From assembly GCA_965199755.1 (NCBI GenBank), contig CBDASZ010000001.1, forward strand, positions 416,001 to 480,000: 64,000 bases of DNA. The letters run 5' to 3'. Shown piece after piece: positions 9,511 through 19,536 of this stretch. This stretch comes from an uncultured candidatus Porisulfidus sp. (lineage in GTDB: Bacteria; Pseudomonadota; Gammaproteobacteria; Poriferisulfidales; Poriferisulfidaceae). The first letter of the stretch is position 1, and each line of letters starts with the position of its first letter. The position numbers were made by a program, and so were the translations under genes. The notes below the pieces were generated by a model. The model saw only the letters and a list, made by a program, of their open reading frames with translations, had not been told where the DNA came from and did not search any database.

Positions 9511-10320
9511 CTAGCCGATGCGCGATGCGGCGAGCAGACGCTTGAGATCTTTGAGCAAGCCTCGGGAAGTGGATTCCGGGGTGTAGTGCATGAACAGATT
9601 GCCGAGTGGGTCAATCAGGTACAGCGTGTCGGGAGGGAGTTCTTTGAATTTGTCGCTCCACCTTGCGATGAGTTGTCCCGGTCGCACCGCAGGAACAAGC
9701 CCTTGCCGCCTCGCCGCAGCATGCCCCCATCGAGCCTGTTCGCCCTCCAGATACAGGGTGTCAGGAGGGGGTGTTCCGACATGGCTGTCATCGGGGCGGT
9801 TGTCCCAATCGGTCAGCGCGTCCAAGGTGGAATCAGGTAATGTCTTAAAGACAGGCGGGAGCAGCCAGTCGGCATTGATGATCATGCGCCGTGGGTCGGA
9901 GGAGGCTTGATCCTCTGAGGAGTTAATCAGTATTTGCAGCACCAGGCGGTGCGGTCCCAGTCGCTGCAGCATGGGCGCATAGTCGCGAAGGTTCTTTTTG
10001 TTGTCGAGGAACACCAGCAACTGGGTGCGGTCGCGTTTGGAGCCGAGCGATTGGCGCACCTGGCGCATCATGAACAAAGTCGCCTCGCAATCCAGATCGC
10101 AAGAGGACTTTGAGGCGCGATACAGCAAGGACCAGCGCGGCTTGCCGTCCTTCTGATCAAGCGGCAGGGTGTCGACCAGACGCGGCGGCAGGATCAGTTC
10201 GCCGTTACTGACACCGCCGAGGCCGGTGCGCAGCTGCGGGTTGTAGTAAAGAACGGTGGAGGCGACTAGCGGGCCAATAAACACCAGAATCAGCGCAATC
10301 AAATACAGTCGCGAGCGCAT
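9511..10320 (-). CDS. Cox-cluster membrane-anchored thioredoxin-like assembly protein with an internal insertion
   Basis: N-terminal TM helix, NGELILPP, CxxxC (CDLDC), C-terminal LIDPLGNLFMHY..DLKRLL.ASRIG; lies between SURF1 and ctaA. Confidence 0.8.
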   Translation of the reverse strand: MRSRLYLIALILVFIGPLVASTVLYYNPQLRTGLGGVSNGELILPPRLVDTLPLDQKDGKPRWSLLYRASKSSCDLDCEATLFMMRQVRQSLGSKRDRTQLLVFLDNKKNLRDYAPMLQRLGPHRLVLQILINSSEDQASSDPRRMIINADWLLPPVFKTLPDSTLDALTDWDNRPDDSHVGTPPPDTLYLEGEQARWGHAAARRQGLVPAVRPGQLIARWSDKFKELPPDTLYLIDPLGNLFMHYTPESTSRGLLKDLKRLLAASRIG

Positions 10321-10358
10321 CAGCTTGCGTGCGTCTGGGTGTGCGTCCAGATGAAACA

Positions 10359-11081
10359 TCAGCGTGTGCGCATCAGGTGCAGGAAGTACAGTAGCAGCAA
10401 GACCAGCACGGCACTGGCCATGGCGAACCATTGCACGGCGTATCCGGTATGCTTGGCGGCGCTCATCGGCGGGGCGGGCCAGGCGCGTACAAAGCCGTTT
10501 TGTTGGTTGTCAGCGAGGCGTACGGTGGCCGCGATCAGCGACAGTTCACCCAGACGTTCCGCCAGCCGTTCATAGTCGAGGTCCTGGATGATCTGTGGCC
10601 AGCCATGGCCTTCCATCAGGAAGTCGGCATCGGTGAACGGATTTTGCTCGGTGCGGTAGAGCAGACCCTCAATCTGAATTTCTTCTTCTCCAGGAACCGG
10701 AATGTCCGGCAGGCTCTGACGGTCGCTGTGCGCGCGTACCCAGCCGCGGTTGATGAGCACCACCTGTTCGTAGTTAGCGAGTTCAAATGGCGTGAGCACG
10801 TGGAAGCCGACCTGTTTGTTCTGAATCTGGTTGTCGAGCAGGAACTGACGCGACAGATAGCGCCCGCGCAGGCGGATATGACGGCCATGCAGTTCCTCCA
10901 GAGTGCCGTCGGGGAAGTGTGTAAGATACACCGGCGTCAGTTGTGCGCGTTTCTGTGCCTGCGCGTCCGCAGCTTCGCGTTGCTCGGCGCGCTGCAGTTG
11001 CCAGAAGCCCAGCGACATAAAAATCGCAATCAGCGCGACGGCAGCAAGCGTAATCAGCAGGGTTGGTCGCGGCGAGGACAT
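10359..11081 (-). CDS. SURF1 family cytochrome oxidase biogenesis protein
   Basis: LGFWQLQR, LINRGWV, HTGYAVQWF. Confidence 0.93.
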   Translation of the reverse strand: MSSPRPTLLITLAAVALIAIFMSLGFWQLQRAEQREAADAQAQKRAQLTPVYLTHFPDGTLEELHGRHIRLRGRYLSRQFLLDNQIQNKQVGFHVLTPFELANYEQVVLINRGWVRAHSDRQSLPDIPVPGEEEIQIEGLLYRTEQNPFTDADFLMEGHGWPQIIQDLDYERLAERLGELSLIAATVRLADNQQNGFVRAWPAPPMSAAKHTGYAVQWFAMASAVLVLLLLYFLHLMRTR

Positions 11082-11102
11082 CAGCAGCGGGGCATTAATG
11101 CG

Positions 11103-11312
11103 ATGGGAGTTTTGATTGTTATTTTTCTGGTGGCGATTATGGCCGCCTTGTTTTCCGCACTGCTGTTCCTGGTGCGGGACCGCAGTTCCGGCAATCGCGT
11201 GGTGCGCGCCTTGACGTGGCGAGTGGGCCTGTCAATCGGGCTGTTTCTGATATTGATGCTGGCGGCGTGGCTGGGCTGGGTTGAGCCCCACGGCCTGTAC
11301 CCCGCTCCGTGA
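11103..11312 (+). CDS. Twin-transmembrane-helix small protein (DUF2909/HIG1-like)
   Basis: MGVLIVIFLVAIMAALFSALLFLVRD..VRALTWRVGLS..EPHG; conserved opposite-strand position between coxC and SURF1. Confidence 0.85.
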   Translation: MGVLIVIFLVAIMAALFSALLFLVRDRSSGNRVVRALTWRVGLSIGLFLILMLAAWLGWVEPHGLYPAP

Positions 11313-11322
11313 GGTGACGGCT

Positions 11323-12192
11323 TCAGAGCCAATAGACGAACACAAACAGTCCGAGCCACACGACGTCCACAAAGTGCCAGTACCATGCCGCCGCCTCAAA
11401 GGCGAAGTGGCGTTCCGGCGTGAAATGCCCGGCGATCGAGCGAAACAGCACCACCGTAAGGATTAAGGCACCAATGGTGACGTGCAGCCCGTGGAAGCCG
11501 GTCAGCATATAGAAGGTAGAGCCGTAGATGCCGGACCCCAGCGTCAGGTTCAGATCCAGATAGCCGTGCATGTATTCGACGGCCTGCAGCGCCACGAACA
11601 GGAAGCCCAGTCCAACGGTGAGGATCAGACCTACGATCAGTTGTCCGCGATGTCCGCTGCGCAGTGCATGATGGGCCCAAGTGACGGTGCCACCGCTGGT
11701 GAGCAGGATGATGGTGTTGAGTGCGGGCAGCCCCCACGCCGACATAATCTGAAAGTCGCCGCCGATTTGCTCCGGGCCGTTCGCGGTAGACGGCCACAAG
11801 GCTTCGTAGCCACTCCACAAATAGGTGTTGGTCATCACGCCGATGCTTTCGCCCCCGAGCCAGGGCAGGGAGTATTTGCGGGCGTAGTAAAGTGCGCCGA
11901 AGAAGGCGGCGAAGAACATCACCTCGGAGAAGATGAACCAGAACATGCCCCAGCGGAATGACAGATCCACCTGCGGGTTGTAGATCTCGGCTTCCGATTC
12001 CTTGATGACGGTGCCGAACCAGCCGAACATCATCAACAGCACGGTCATCAGACCGCCGGCGAAAATCCAGAAGCCAATATTGGATTCCAGCATCATCATG
12101 GCCGCGCCGACCAAGGTGGCGCACAGGCCAATCGAGCCGACTATCGGCCAGTGGCTCGGATTGGGAATGTAGTAAAGCGTGGAGTCGGACAT
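11323..12192 (-). CDS. coxC: Cytochrome c oxidase subunit III
   Basis: PSHWP, FIFSEVMFF, TGFHGLHV, WYWHFVDVVW. Confidence 0.97.
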   Translation of the reverse strand: MSDSTLYYIPNPSHWPIVGSIGLCATLVGAAMMMLESNIGFWIFAGGLMTVLLMMFGWFGTVIKESEAEIYNPQVDLSFRWGMFWFIFSEVMFFAAFFGALYYARKYSLPWLGGESIGVMTNTYLWSGYEALWPSTANGPEQIGGDFQIMSAWGLPALNTIILLTSGGTVTWAHHALRSGHRGQLIVGLILTVGLGFLFVALQAVEYMHGYLDLNLTLGSGIYGSTFYMLTGFHGLHVTIGALILTVVLFRSIAGHFTPERHFAFEAAAWYWHFVDVVWLGLFVFVYWL

Positions 12193-12199
12193 GGTGGCT

Positions 12200-12739
12200 T
12201 CAACCGGGCTGTGAGTTCGTGACATCAAAGAAGGTGTAAGACAGGGTCAGGGTATCCACTTTGGCCGGTAGCTTGGGGCTGACGCGAAACACCAAAGGCA
12301 TGGCGATCTGTTCGCCGGCGGCGAGTTCCTGTCGATTGAAGCAGAAGCATTCCTGCTTGATCAGGTGTGGTGCGGCGGCTGGCGGCGCGACCGCAGGCAC
12401 GGCTTGACCGGCCATGGCGCGCTCGGTGCGGTTGTACGCGTGGAATACGGTCTGATAGGTCTCGCCAGGGCGCACTTTCATCTCGAACTGGTCCGGGCGA
12501 AACTCCCACGGCATGGCGTGATTGACCGCAGTGACGAACTGCAGTGTGATTTCCCGATCCGCGGCCACGGGTGCGGTGTCGGTAAGTTCGGCTGCCTGAT
12601 TCAGATTGCTGGTCGAGCCGGACAGGCCGGTCAGGTCGCATAGGGCATCGTACAGCGGCACCAGCGCGTAGCCGAAGCCGAGCATCAGGACGCAGAAGAC
12701 GGCGATCTTGCCAGCGGTACGTTGATTGCTGCGATTCAT
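12200..12739 (-). CDS. ctaG: Cytochrome c oxidase assembly protein CtaG/Cox11
   Basis: VPLYDALC, ECFCF, TLSYTFF; start at MNRSNQ. Confidence 0.94.
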   Translation of the reverse strand: MNRSNQRTAGKIAVFCVLMLGFGYALVPLYDALCDLTGLSGSTSNLNQAAELTDTAPVAADREITLQFVTAVNHAMPWEFRPDQFEMKVRPGETYQTVFHAYNRTERAMAGQAVPAVAPPAAAPHLIKQECFCFNRQELAAGEQIAMPLVFRVSPKLPAKVDTLTLSYTFFDVTNSQPG

Positions 12740-12846
12740 CAGGCGGTTCCTACCAGAATGTAGAAGCCTACGTAGATACCGATAGCGATGGTGGCGACAA
12801 TCCAGGCCGTACGCAGTGCTGATTTGCGCCTTTCGGTGCTGCTCAC
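12739..12846 (-). CDS. Small single-TM protein between coxA and ctaG
   Basis: GTG start overlapping the coxA stop; SSTERRKSALRTAWIVATIAIGIYVGFYILVGTA; stop overlaps the ctaG start. Confidence 0.6.
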   Translation of the reverse strand: MSSTERRKSALRTAWIVATIAIGIYVGFYILVGTA

Positions 12847-14423
12847 TTGACGATCGGAGGCGTGGTGAAACTGTGGTACGGCGGCGGTGAGGGCAGCGTC
12901 CACTCCAGACCTTCCGCGCCTTCCCAGCACTGATCCGTGGCCTTCTTGCCGCCGCGAATCGTCTGCACCACGATATACAGGAACAGCAACTGCGCGAAGC
13001 CGAACCCAAATGCGCCGACCGAGGCCAGCATGTTGTAGTCCGCGAACTGCAGCGCGTAATCCGGGACGCGCCGCGGCATGCCAGCAAGTCCGACGAAGTG
13101 CATCGGGAAGAAAGTCAGATTAACGAAAATGGTCGACAGCCAGAAATGCCACTTGCCGTGAGCCTCCGAATAATGGTGTCCGGTCCATTTCGGCAGCCAG
13201 TAATAGACCGCCGCCATGATGGCGAAGATAGAGCCTGGTACCAGCACATAATGGAAGTGCGCGACCACGAAATAGGAGTCGTGATACTGGAAGTCAGCCG
13301 GCACAATCGCCAGCATGAGACCGGAGAACCCGCCAATCGTGAACATCACGATGAAGCCGATCGCAAACAGCATCGGGGTCTCAAAAGTCATCGAGCCGCG
13401 CCACATGGTGGCCACCCAGTTGAAGACCTTGACGCCGGTGGGCACCGCGATCAGCATGGTCGCGAACATAAAGAACAATTCGCCAGCTAAAGGCATGCCA
13501 ACGGTGAACATGTGATGCGCCCAGACAATGAATGACAAAAAGGCGATTGAGGCGGTGGCGTAGACCATCGAACTGTAGCCGAACAGCGGTTTGCGCGAAA
13601 AGGTCGGCAGGATGCTTGAGACCACGCCGAACGAGGGCAGGATCAGAATGTAGACCTCAGGGTGTCCGAAGAACCAGAAAATGTGCTGGAACATGACTGG
13701 GTCGCCGCCGCCGGCCGCGTTGAAGAAACTGGTGGCAAAGAACTTGTCGGTCAGCAGCATGGTGACACCGCCGGCGAGCACCGGCATCACCGCGATCAGC
13801 AAGAAGGCCGTGATCAGCCAGGTCCACACAAACAGCGGCATCTGCATCATGCCCATGGTCGGGGCGCGCATGTTGAGGATGGTCGCGATGACATTGATCG
13901 CGCCCATGATTGAGGACAGTCCCATGAAGTGAATGGCGAAAATCACAAACGGCAGCGCGTCACCGGTTTGTAGGGTCAGCGGCGGGTACAGAGTCCAGCC
14001 GCCGGCCGGGCCGCCGCCGTCCATAAACATGGTCGACAGCAACATGGTGAAGGCGAACGGCAGGATCCAGAAACTCCAGTTGTTCAGACGCGGTAGCGCC
14101 ATGTCGGTGGCACCGACCATCAGCGGAATCTGCCAGTTGGCCAAGCCGGTAAAGGCCGGCATGACGACTCCGAAGATCATGACCAGCGCATGCAGCGTGG
14201 TCATTGAATTGAAGAACTGCGGATCGACGAACTGCAGGCCCGGAGAGAACAACTCGCCGCGAATCACCAGCGCCATGGCACCGCCGATAAAGAACATGAT
14301 CATGGCCAGCCATAAATACAGCGTGCCAATGTCCTTGTGATTGGTGGTGGTCACCCAGCGCCACAGGCCACTGGGATGATGGTCGTCGTGATGGTCGTCG
14401 TGTGCGAGGGCCGTGTCGCTCAT
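12843..14423 (-). CDS. coxA: Cytochrome c oxidase subunit I
   Basis: NHKDIG, WFFGHPEVY, WAHHMF, VAHFHY. Confidence 0.99.
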   Translation of the reverse strand: MSDTALAHDDHHDDHHPSGLWRWVTTTNHKDIGTLYLWLAMIMFFIGGAMALVIRGELFSPGLQFVDPQFFNSMTTLHALVMIFGVVMPAFTGLANWQIPLMVGATDMALPRLNNWSFWILPFAFTMLLSTMFMDGGGPAGGWTLYPPLTLQTGDALPFVIFAIHFMGLSSIMGAINVIATILNMRAPTMGMMQMPLFVWTWLITAFLLIAVMPVLAGGVTMLLTDKFFATSFFNAAGGGDPVMFQHIFWFFGHPEVYILILPSFGVVSSILPTFSRKPLFGYSSMVYATASIAFLSFIVWAHHMFTVGMPLAGELFFMFATMLIAVPTGVKVFNWVATMWRGSMTFETPMLFAIGFIVMFTIGGFSGLMLAIVPADFQYHDSYFVVAHFHYVLVPGSIFAIMAAVYYWLPKWTGHHYSEAHGKWHFWLSTIFVNLTFFPMHFVGLAGMPRRVPDYALQFADYNMLASVGAFGFGFAQLLFLYIVVQTIRGGKKATDQCWEGAEGLEWTLPSPPPYHSFTTPPIVK

Positions 14424-14441
14424 GGGGCGGGACTCCAGAGG

Positions 14442-15299
14442 TTAGGGAGTGGTGCCGGCGCTGTGCTCGGCGATCCAGGTCTGAAATTCTTCCGGTGAGA
14501 CGGCGTGTACTTCAATCGGCATGAAGCCGTGGTCGCGTCCGCACAACTCGGCGCACTGGCCGCGATATACGCCCGGTGTGTCGATCTTGGTCCACATCTC
14601 ATTGATGAAGCCCGGAATGGCGTCTTTCTTGAGGGCCAGATCCGGCACCCACCAGGCGTGCAGGACGTCGCTCGCCGTGATCAGCAAGCGTATCTTGGTG
14701 CCTGTCGGCACCACCAGCGGGCGGTCGACTTCCAGCAAATAGTTCGGATTTTTGGCGGCGTCGGCGTAGATTTCTTCACGCGGCGTCGCCAGATAGGAGT
14801 AGAAACTGTGTCCGTGGTCCAGATATTCGTATTGCCACAGCCACTGATAGCCGGTGATTTTGATGGTCATGTCCGGGTTTCGGGAGTCTTCCATCTTGAT
14901 CAAAGTGGCGGTGGCCGGCACGGCCATCGCGATCAGAATGATGAAGGGGACTACCGTCCAGAGCACCTCAATCGTGGTGCTTTCGTGGAAACTCGCCGCC
15001 ACCGCGCCGCGAGACTTGCGGTGCATCAGAATGGAATAAAACATGGCACCGAACACCACAACGCCGATCACCACGCAAATCCAGAAGATCAGCATGTGCA
15101 GGTCGTACACGATCGAACTGATTTCGGTCACGCCCACCGGCATGTTGAGTGTGTCCCAACCGGCATGGGCGACCGGCGCGAAGGCTGTGAGAAGCAACGC
15201 CAACGGGCGCAGTGACACCACCGCGCATCGGCGTGCGGCGGCGCGAATAAAAGTGAGAAGGCGGCGTGAAAACCGCTTTGTTGCAAACGTCCGTGTCAT
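14442..15299 (-). CDS. coxB: Cytochrome c oxidase subunit II
   Basis: GYQWLW, DVLHAWWVP, CuA motif CAELCGRDHGFM; start uncertain. Confidence 0.96.
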   Translation of the reverse strand: MTRTFATKRFSRRLLTFIRAAARRCAVVSLRPLALLLTAFAPVAHAGWDTLNMPVGVTEISSIVYDLHMLIFWICVVIGVVVFGAMFYSILMHRKSRGAVAASFHESTTIEVLWTVVPFIILIAMAVPATATLIKMEDSRNPDMTIKITGYQWLWQYEYLDHGHSFYSYLATPREEIYADAAKNPNYLLEVDRPLVVPTGTKIRLLITASDVLHAWWVPDLALKKDAIPGFINEMWTKIDTPGVYRGQCAELCGRDHGFMPIEVHAVSPEEFQTWIAEHSAGTTP

Positions 15300-15475
15300 G
15301 CGCGCCACAATGTGAGAAAAACTTGCCACAGGCAAGAAAATTTACGGGACTTAATATACAACATCGCGCCTGCGTGCGCAGTCTCAGCTGCCAGCCGTGC
15401 AGTGTACAATGACTGTTCCGACAGGTGTGAAGCCTGTATGCAACCCGAACATTTATCGAACCAGGAGGATGTGTC

Positions 15476-15802
15476 TTGAGTTCCCAGATCGCCGCCGTTT
15501 CAGACGGCAGTTTTGAGGAAGAGGTACTGGCCTGCGACGGGCCAGTACTGGTTGATTTTTGGGCTGAATGGTGCGGCCCGTGTCGCCAGATCGGCCCGAT
15601 CCTCGAAGAACTCGCACCGGTCTACGATGGTCGGCTGCGCATGCTCAAAATGGATGTGGACGACAACCGGGAGACGCCGACGAAATACGGCATTCGCGGT
15701 ATTCCCACCCTGATCATCTTCAAAAACGGTGAGGCGGCCGACCAGCAGGTCGGCGCGAGGTCGAAGTCCCAGCTCACCGCGTTTATCGAAGAGAACCTCT
15801 AA
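15476..15802 (+). CDS. trxA: Thioredoxin
   Basis: DFWAEWCGPC, GIRGIPTL; AGGAGG SD before a TTG start. Confidence 0.97.
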   Translation: MSSQIAAVSDGSFEEEVLACDGPVLVDFWAEWCGPCRQIGPILEELAPVYDGRLRMLKMDVDDNRETPTKYGIRGIPTLIIFKNGEAADQQVGARSKSQLTAFIEENL

Positions 15803-15950
15803 GTCCGCGCCGCTGCCAGGCGGCGCATGTCACCCACAGGTTCGGACCAGATTCCGGGCCTGCCGTCAGGATGTGAAATCCGTTCCCCATTCGGGGTGAT
15901 TTTGGTGTACAACTGTGTTCTGTTTTTCACACCTCAATATGGAGGCACGG

Positions 15951-16589
15951 ATGTCACAAAATCAATCCCCCAAAATCGCTCGCTCATGCATGATCACACT
16001 GGCGAGTACGGTAGTGATGTTCGTGCTTTTCCTCAGCTTTGGTTACCTCAGTTTGTCTGACGATGCGCCGTTGCTTTCCTCTGCTGCGACCGAGGCCGCG
16101 CTGTACGCTGAGGAGCAGATACTGGAGACGGCGTCCGCTGATTCAGCGGAGCAGGCGGCGCAAATTGCCGCGCTACTGTTGCCTGATCTGCAACGGCAGC
16201 TGGAGCAGTTGCAGGCCCACGCTGACAGTACGTCGCAGGCGCGGGAGCAACAGCATGCGCAGGCGATGCAGCAATGGCGGCTTCAGATTGAGAAGCAGAC
16301 ACGCCAGTTGGAGCAGTTAAGTGCCAGTGTGCGAACACTGGGGAAGCGCCTTGCGCAAATGCAGGAAGCCCCTGATGAAATGGCGGATGTTGTGGGGCCG
16401 GAGTTTCGATTTCGTGGCATCGAAGTTTGGCACGGACGCGTGTATGCGCTGCTGGAACATGAAGGGAGAATTCTGACGGCGCGTGAGGGCGACTTCCGGT
16501 TGGGCTGGCGCATTCATGGCATTGATCGAGAACAACGCCGGCTGTATGTTGGCGACGGTACGCGCGAACTTATGCTGGAGCAATCATGA
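15951..16589 (+). CDS. Membrane-anchored coiled-coil protein resembling the PFGI-1/ICEclc ICE gene upstream of PFL_4693
   Basis: GGAGG SD; TM helix, coiled coil and C-terminal PEFRFRGIEVW..REGD..GWRIHGID; translationally coupled to the next ORF; family from memory. Confidence 0.55.
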   Translation: MSQNQSPKIARSCMITLASTVVMFVLFLSFGYLSLSDDAPLLSSAATEAALYAEEQILETASADSAEQAAQIAALLLPDLQRQLEQLQAHADSTSQAREQQHAQAMQQWRLQIEKQTRQLEQLSASVRTLGKRLAQMQEAPDEMADVVGPEFRFRGIEVWHGRVYALLEHEGRILTAREGDFRLGWRIHGIDREQRRLYVGDGTRELMLEQS

Positions 16590-16963
16590 GCAGAGTTATC
16601 CGACCTTACACATATGTGATCTTCGTGCTGCTGGGGCTGGCGCTGTTTGGTGCTTCGTTGCTGACTGTCAAGGCCGCGCATGAGCGCGAAGTTCAGGAAG
16701 AAGCACTGCAAACGGATGCCGCGCGGCAGTTGGAACTGAGCGAAGAAGAATGGCGACAGTACCGTTCCTGGCGCGAGTTGATCGGCGCGCCGCTGGCGGA
16801 TCTAACGCCGTACGAGGTGCTCGGAATGTATGCGGATGACCCGCAGACCCAGCGCCGCTATGCGCTGCAGAGTGCCCGCTTCATGCTGGACTTTTACCGC
16901 CGCTCGATGGCTTTCGAGGCGCTTTATCGAGAGGAGATGGAGAAGCTCACGAAAACCGAATAA
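16586..16963 (+). CDS. Short homologue of integrating conjugative element protein PFL_4693 (TIGR03759-like), N-terminal half
   Basis: LSEEEWRQY..LTPYEVLGMYA...QRRYA resembles the family pattern L..EW.RY...LDPLTALGI.A...RRRYA. Confidence 0.6.
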   Translation: MSRVIRPYTYVIFVLLGLALFGASLLTVKAAHEREVQEEALQTDAARQLELSEEEWRQYRSWRELIGAPLADLTPYEVLGMYADDPQTQRRYALQSARFMLDFYRRSMAFEALYREEMEKLTKTE

Positions 16964-16996
16964 ATGTAGGGGGTGTGTTAGAATTGCGCCCCCAAA

Positions 16997-17073
<77 letters not shown>

Positions 17074-17328
17074 CCGAAGATTTTGCCGTAACAGGCATTA
17101 ATTGCTCAGATATGGCAAATTTTGCGCAATCCAATGTCAAGATTGCGAAAGGGGAAATCAGGTTTTATTCATATTAAATCAACGTATTGCTATCATTCTC
17201 GGCGGATTTTCAGAAAAGTCGATGACAAAGAGAAAATGGCTAGATAATTACAACAATATCAGCACTTTCTTTCTTCAGGTGCGGCAAATTTCACGTAGAC
17301 TTACGCAAAAATCTATTTCCTCATTCGA

Positions 17329-17358
17329 CTTGAACTGAAGTCCAGTCAGCCCCATGAT
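17329..17358 (+). promoter_or_regulatory. Putative sigma-32 promoter of yccA
   Basis: CTTGAA-N15-CCCCATGAT resembles the RpoH consensus. Confidence 0.6.
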
Positions 17359-17402
17359 TATTGTAGAATGAGAGTCATCACGAATTTGGAGAGGAACCCA
17401 TC

Positions 17403-18077
17403 ATGACACCGTCTCGCACACTCACGGCAGGCATTCCGGCGCTGAGCGCCAATCGGGTACTGCGCAACACTTACGCACTGCTGTCCTTGACGCTGCTGTT
17501 TAGCGCGCTCATGGCCGGTGTCTCCATGGCCATGCAGTGGCCGCACCCAGGACTGATTCTGACCCTGGTCGGCTATTTCGGGCTACTCTACTTGACCACA
17601 CGCTATCGCAACAGCGCTCTCGGACTGCTGTTTGTGTTCGCCTTAACCGGATTTATGGGTGCCACATTGGGGCCGATCCTCAGCTACTACATCATGAGCG
17701 GTGGCACGCAGCTGGTCGGTACCGCGCTGGGCATGACCGGCATCATCTTCCTCGCCCTGTCGGGCTACGTGCTGGTGTCGCGCAAGGATTTCAGTTTTAT
17801 GGGCGGCATGCTGTTCATCGGCATTCTGGTCGCTTTCTTGGGCGGGCTTGGCCTGATCGCCGCGTCGGCGTTCGGCATGAACGTCTCCGGTGCTATGCTG
17901 GGCATCTCCGCGATGTTCGTCCTGCTTATGAGCGGTCTGATCCTGTACCAGACCAGCGAGATCATCCATGGTGGCGAGACCAATTACATTATGGCGACCG
18001 TCACCTTGTTCGTCGCGCTGTTCAATCTGTTTACTTCCCTATTGCATCTGTTGTCTGCCTTCGGCGGGGACGACTGA
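17403..18077 (+). CDS. yccA: Bax inhibitor-1/YccA family membrane protein
   Basis: NRVLRNTYALLSLTL, RKDFSFMG, IIHGGETNYIMATV. Confidence 0.93.
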   Translation: MTPSRTLTAGIPALSANRVLRNTYALLSLTLLFSALMAGVSMAMQWPHPGLILTLVGYFGLLYLTTRYRNSALGLLFVFALTGFMGATLGPILSYYIMSGGTQLVGTALGMTGIIFLALSGYVLVSRKDFSFMGGMLFIGILVAFLGGLGLIAASAFGMNVSGAMLGISAMFVLLMSGLILYQTSEIIHGGETNYIMATVTLFVALFNLFTSLLHLLSAFGGDD

Positions 18078-18091
18078 TTGCCACCAACTTT

Positions 18092-18121
18092 GAGAGCCGC
18101 GGTAACGCGGCTCTCTCATTT
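18092..18121 (+). terminator. Hairpin after yccA
   Basis: GAGAGCCGCG-GTAA-CGCGGCTCTC with a weak T tail. Confidence 0.55.
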
Positions 18122-18138
18122 ACAGCCTGACTGCCCGC

Positions 18139-19524
18139 ATGAGTTTGCACGCTTCCGATAGTTCCCAGCATGGCCTGTGGTCGAAGCGCGCGGCCTTTAT
18201 GTTTGCCGCGATTGGCTCCGCGGTGGGCCTCGGCAACATCTGGAAGTTTCCCTATATGGTCGGTGAGTCCGGCGGGGGCGCTTTTGTACTGGTCTATCTG
18301 GTGTGCATCATCGTGATCGGTCTGCCGGTGATGATGGCCGAAATTACTTTGGGTCAGCGCGGCCGGCATAGTCCGGTGCAAACCATGCGCCGGCTGGCGA
18401 AAGAAGACGGCAATTCGCCGGCATGGCAGATCATTGGCTGGATGGGCATGCTGGCGGGCGTGATGATCTTGTCGTTCTATGTAGTGATTGCTGGCTGGAC
18501 GGTGGCGTATCTGGTCGACAGCGTGCAGGGGGCCTTTGAGGGTTTTGACGCGGCGGCAGCCCAAATTCATTTTGAAGCGCTGGTGTCGAGTCCGAAGCAT
18601 CTGATCTTCTGGCACACACTGATGACGGTACTGACCGCCTGGGTGGTGATGCGTGGCGTCAATCACGGCATTGAGAAAGCCACTACCATCCTGATGCCAT
18701 CGCTGTTCGCGCTGCTGCTGCTGCTGGTCGGTTATGGCGCGTTGTATGGCGACTTCACGCGGAGCATCGAGTATCTGTTCGTGTTCGACTTCGCGCAAAT
18801 TACCCCGCAAGTGACGCTTAGCGCCATCGGACAGGCATTCTTTTCACTGAGCATTGGCATGGGTGCCATCATGGTTTATGGTGCCTACCTGCCGCGCAAA
18901 TACTCGATCCCGGAAGCCGCCACGGTGGTGGTCAGCGCCGATATGGTGGTCGCCTTGCTGATGGGGATGGCGCTGTTTCCGGTAGTGTTCTCAAGCGGGC
19001 TTGAACCCAGTGCAGGGCCGGGTCTGATCTTCCAGACTCTGGTGCTCGCCTTCGATCAGATGCCTGGCGGCTGGCTGATCGGCATTTTGTTCTTCGCCCT
19101 GACCATGATCGCGGCGTGGACTTCCGCGATTTCCCTGCTGGAGCCGATTGTGTCGTGGATGGTGGATTCCCGCGGCATGCGGCGGCGCACCGCGACCGTC
19201 TTGTGCTCCAGCATCGTCTGGACAGTGGGTCTGGGCACGGTGTTTTCTTTCAATATCGGTAGCGACTTGCAACTTTATGAACGCACCTTTTTCGATTGGC
19301 TGGACTACATGACCTCGAACCTCATGCTGCCGCTCGGCGGCATCCTGATCTCGCTGTACGCCGGCTGGATGGTGCGACGGGAAATCATGCAAAAACAGCT
19401 CGGCATCAAACATGATGTGCTGTTTCACGGTTGGCTGTGGCTGGTGCGCGTGATTGTCCCGGTGTCGATTGCGCTGGTGCTGTTGCACGGTCTTGGGATT
19501 CTGCACAATCTCGGAATTCTCTAA
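18139..19524 (+). CDS. Sodium-dependent transporter, NSS/SNF family
   Basis: GSAVGLGNIWKFPY, GQAFFSLS, AGPGLIF. Confidence 0.95.
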   Translation: MSLHASDSSQHGLWSKRAAFMFAAIGSAVGLGNIWKFPYMVGESGGGAFVLVYLVCIIVIGLPVMMAEITLGQRGRHSPVQTMRRLAKEDGNSPAWQIIGWMGMLAGVMILSFYVVIAGWTVAYLVDSVQGAFEGFDAAAAQIHFEALVSSPKHLIFWHTLMTVLTAWVVMRGVNHGIEKATTILMPSLFALLLLLVGYGALYGDFTRSIEYLFVFDFAQITPQVTLSAIGQAFFSLSIGMGAIMVYGAYLPRKYSIPEAATVVVSADMVVALLMGMALFPVVFSSGLEPSAGPGLIFQTLVLAFDQMPGGWLIGILFFALTMIAAWTSAISLLEPIVSWMVDSRGMRRRTATVLCSSIVWTVGLGTVFSFNIGSDLQLYERTFFDWLDYMTSNLMLPLGGILISLYAGWMVRREIMQKQLGIKHDVLFHGWLWLVRVIVPVSIALVLLHGLGILHNLGIL

Positions 19525-19536
19525 TCGGGTTTCGGC

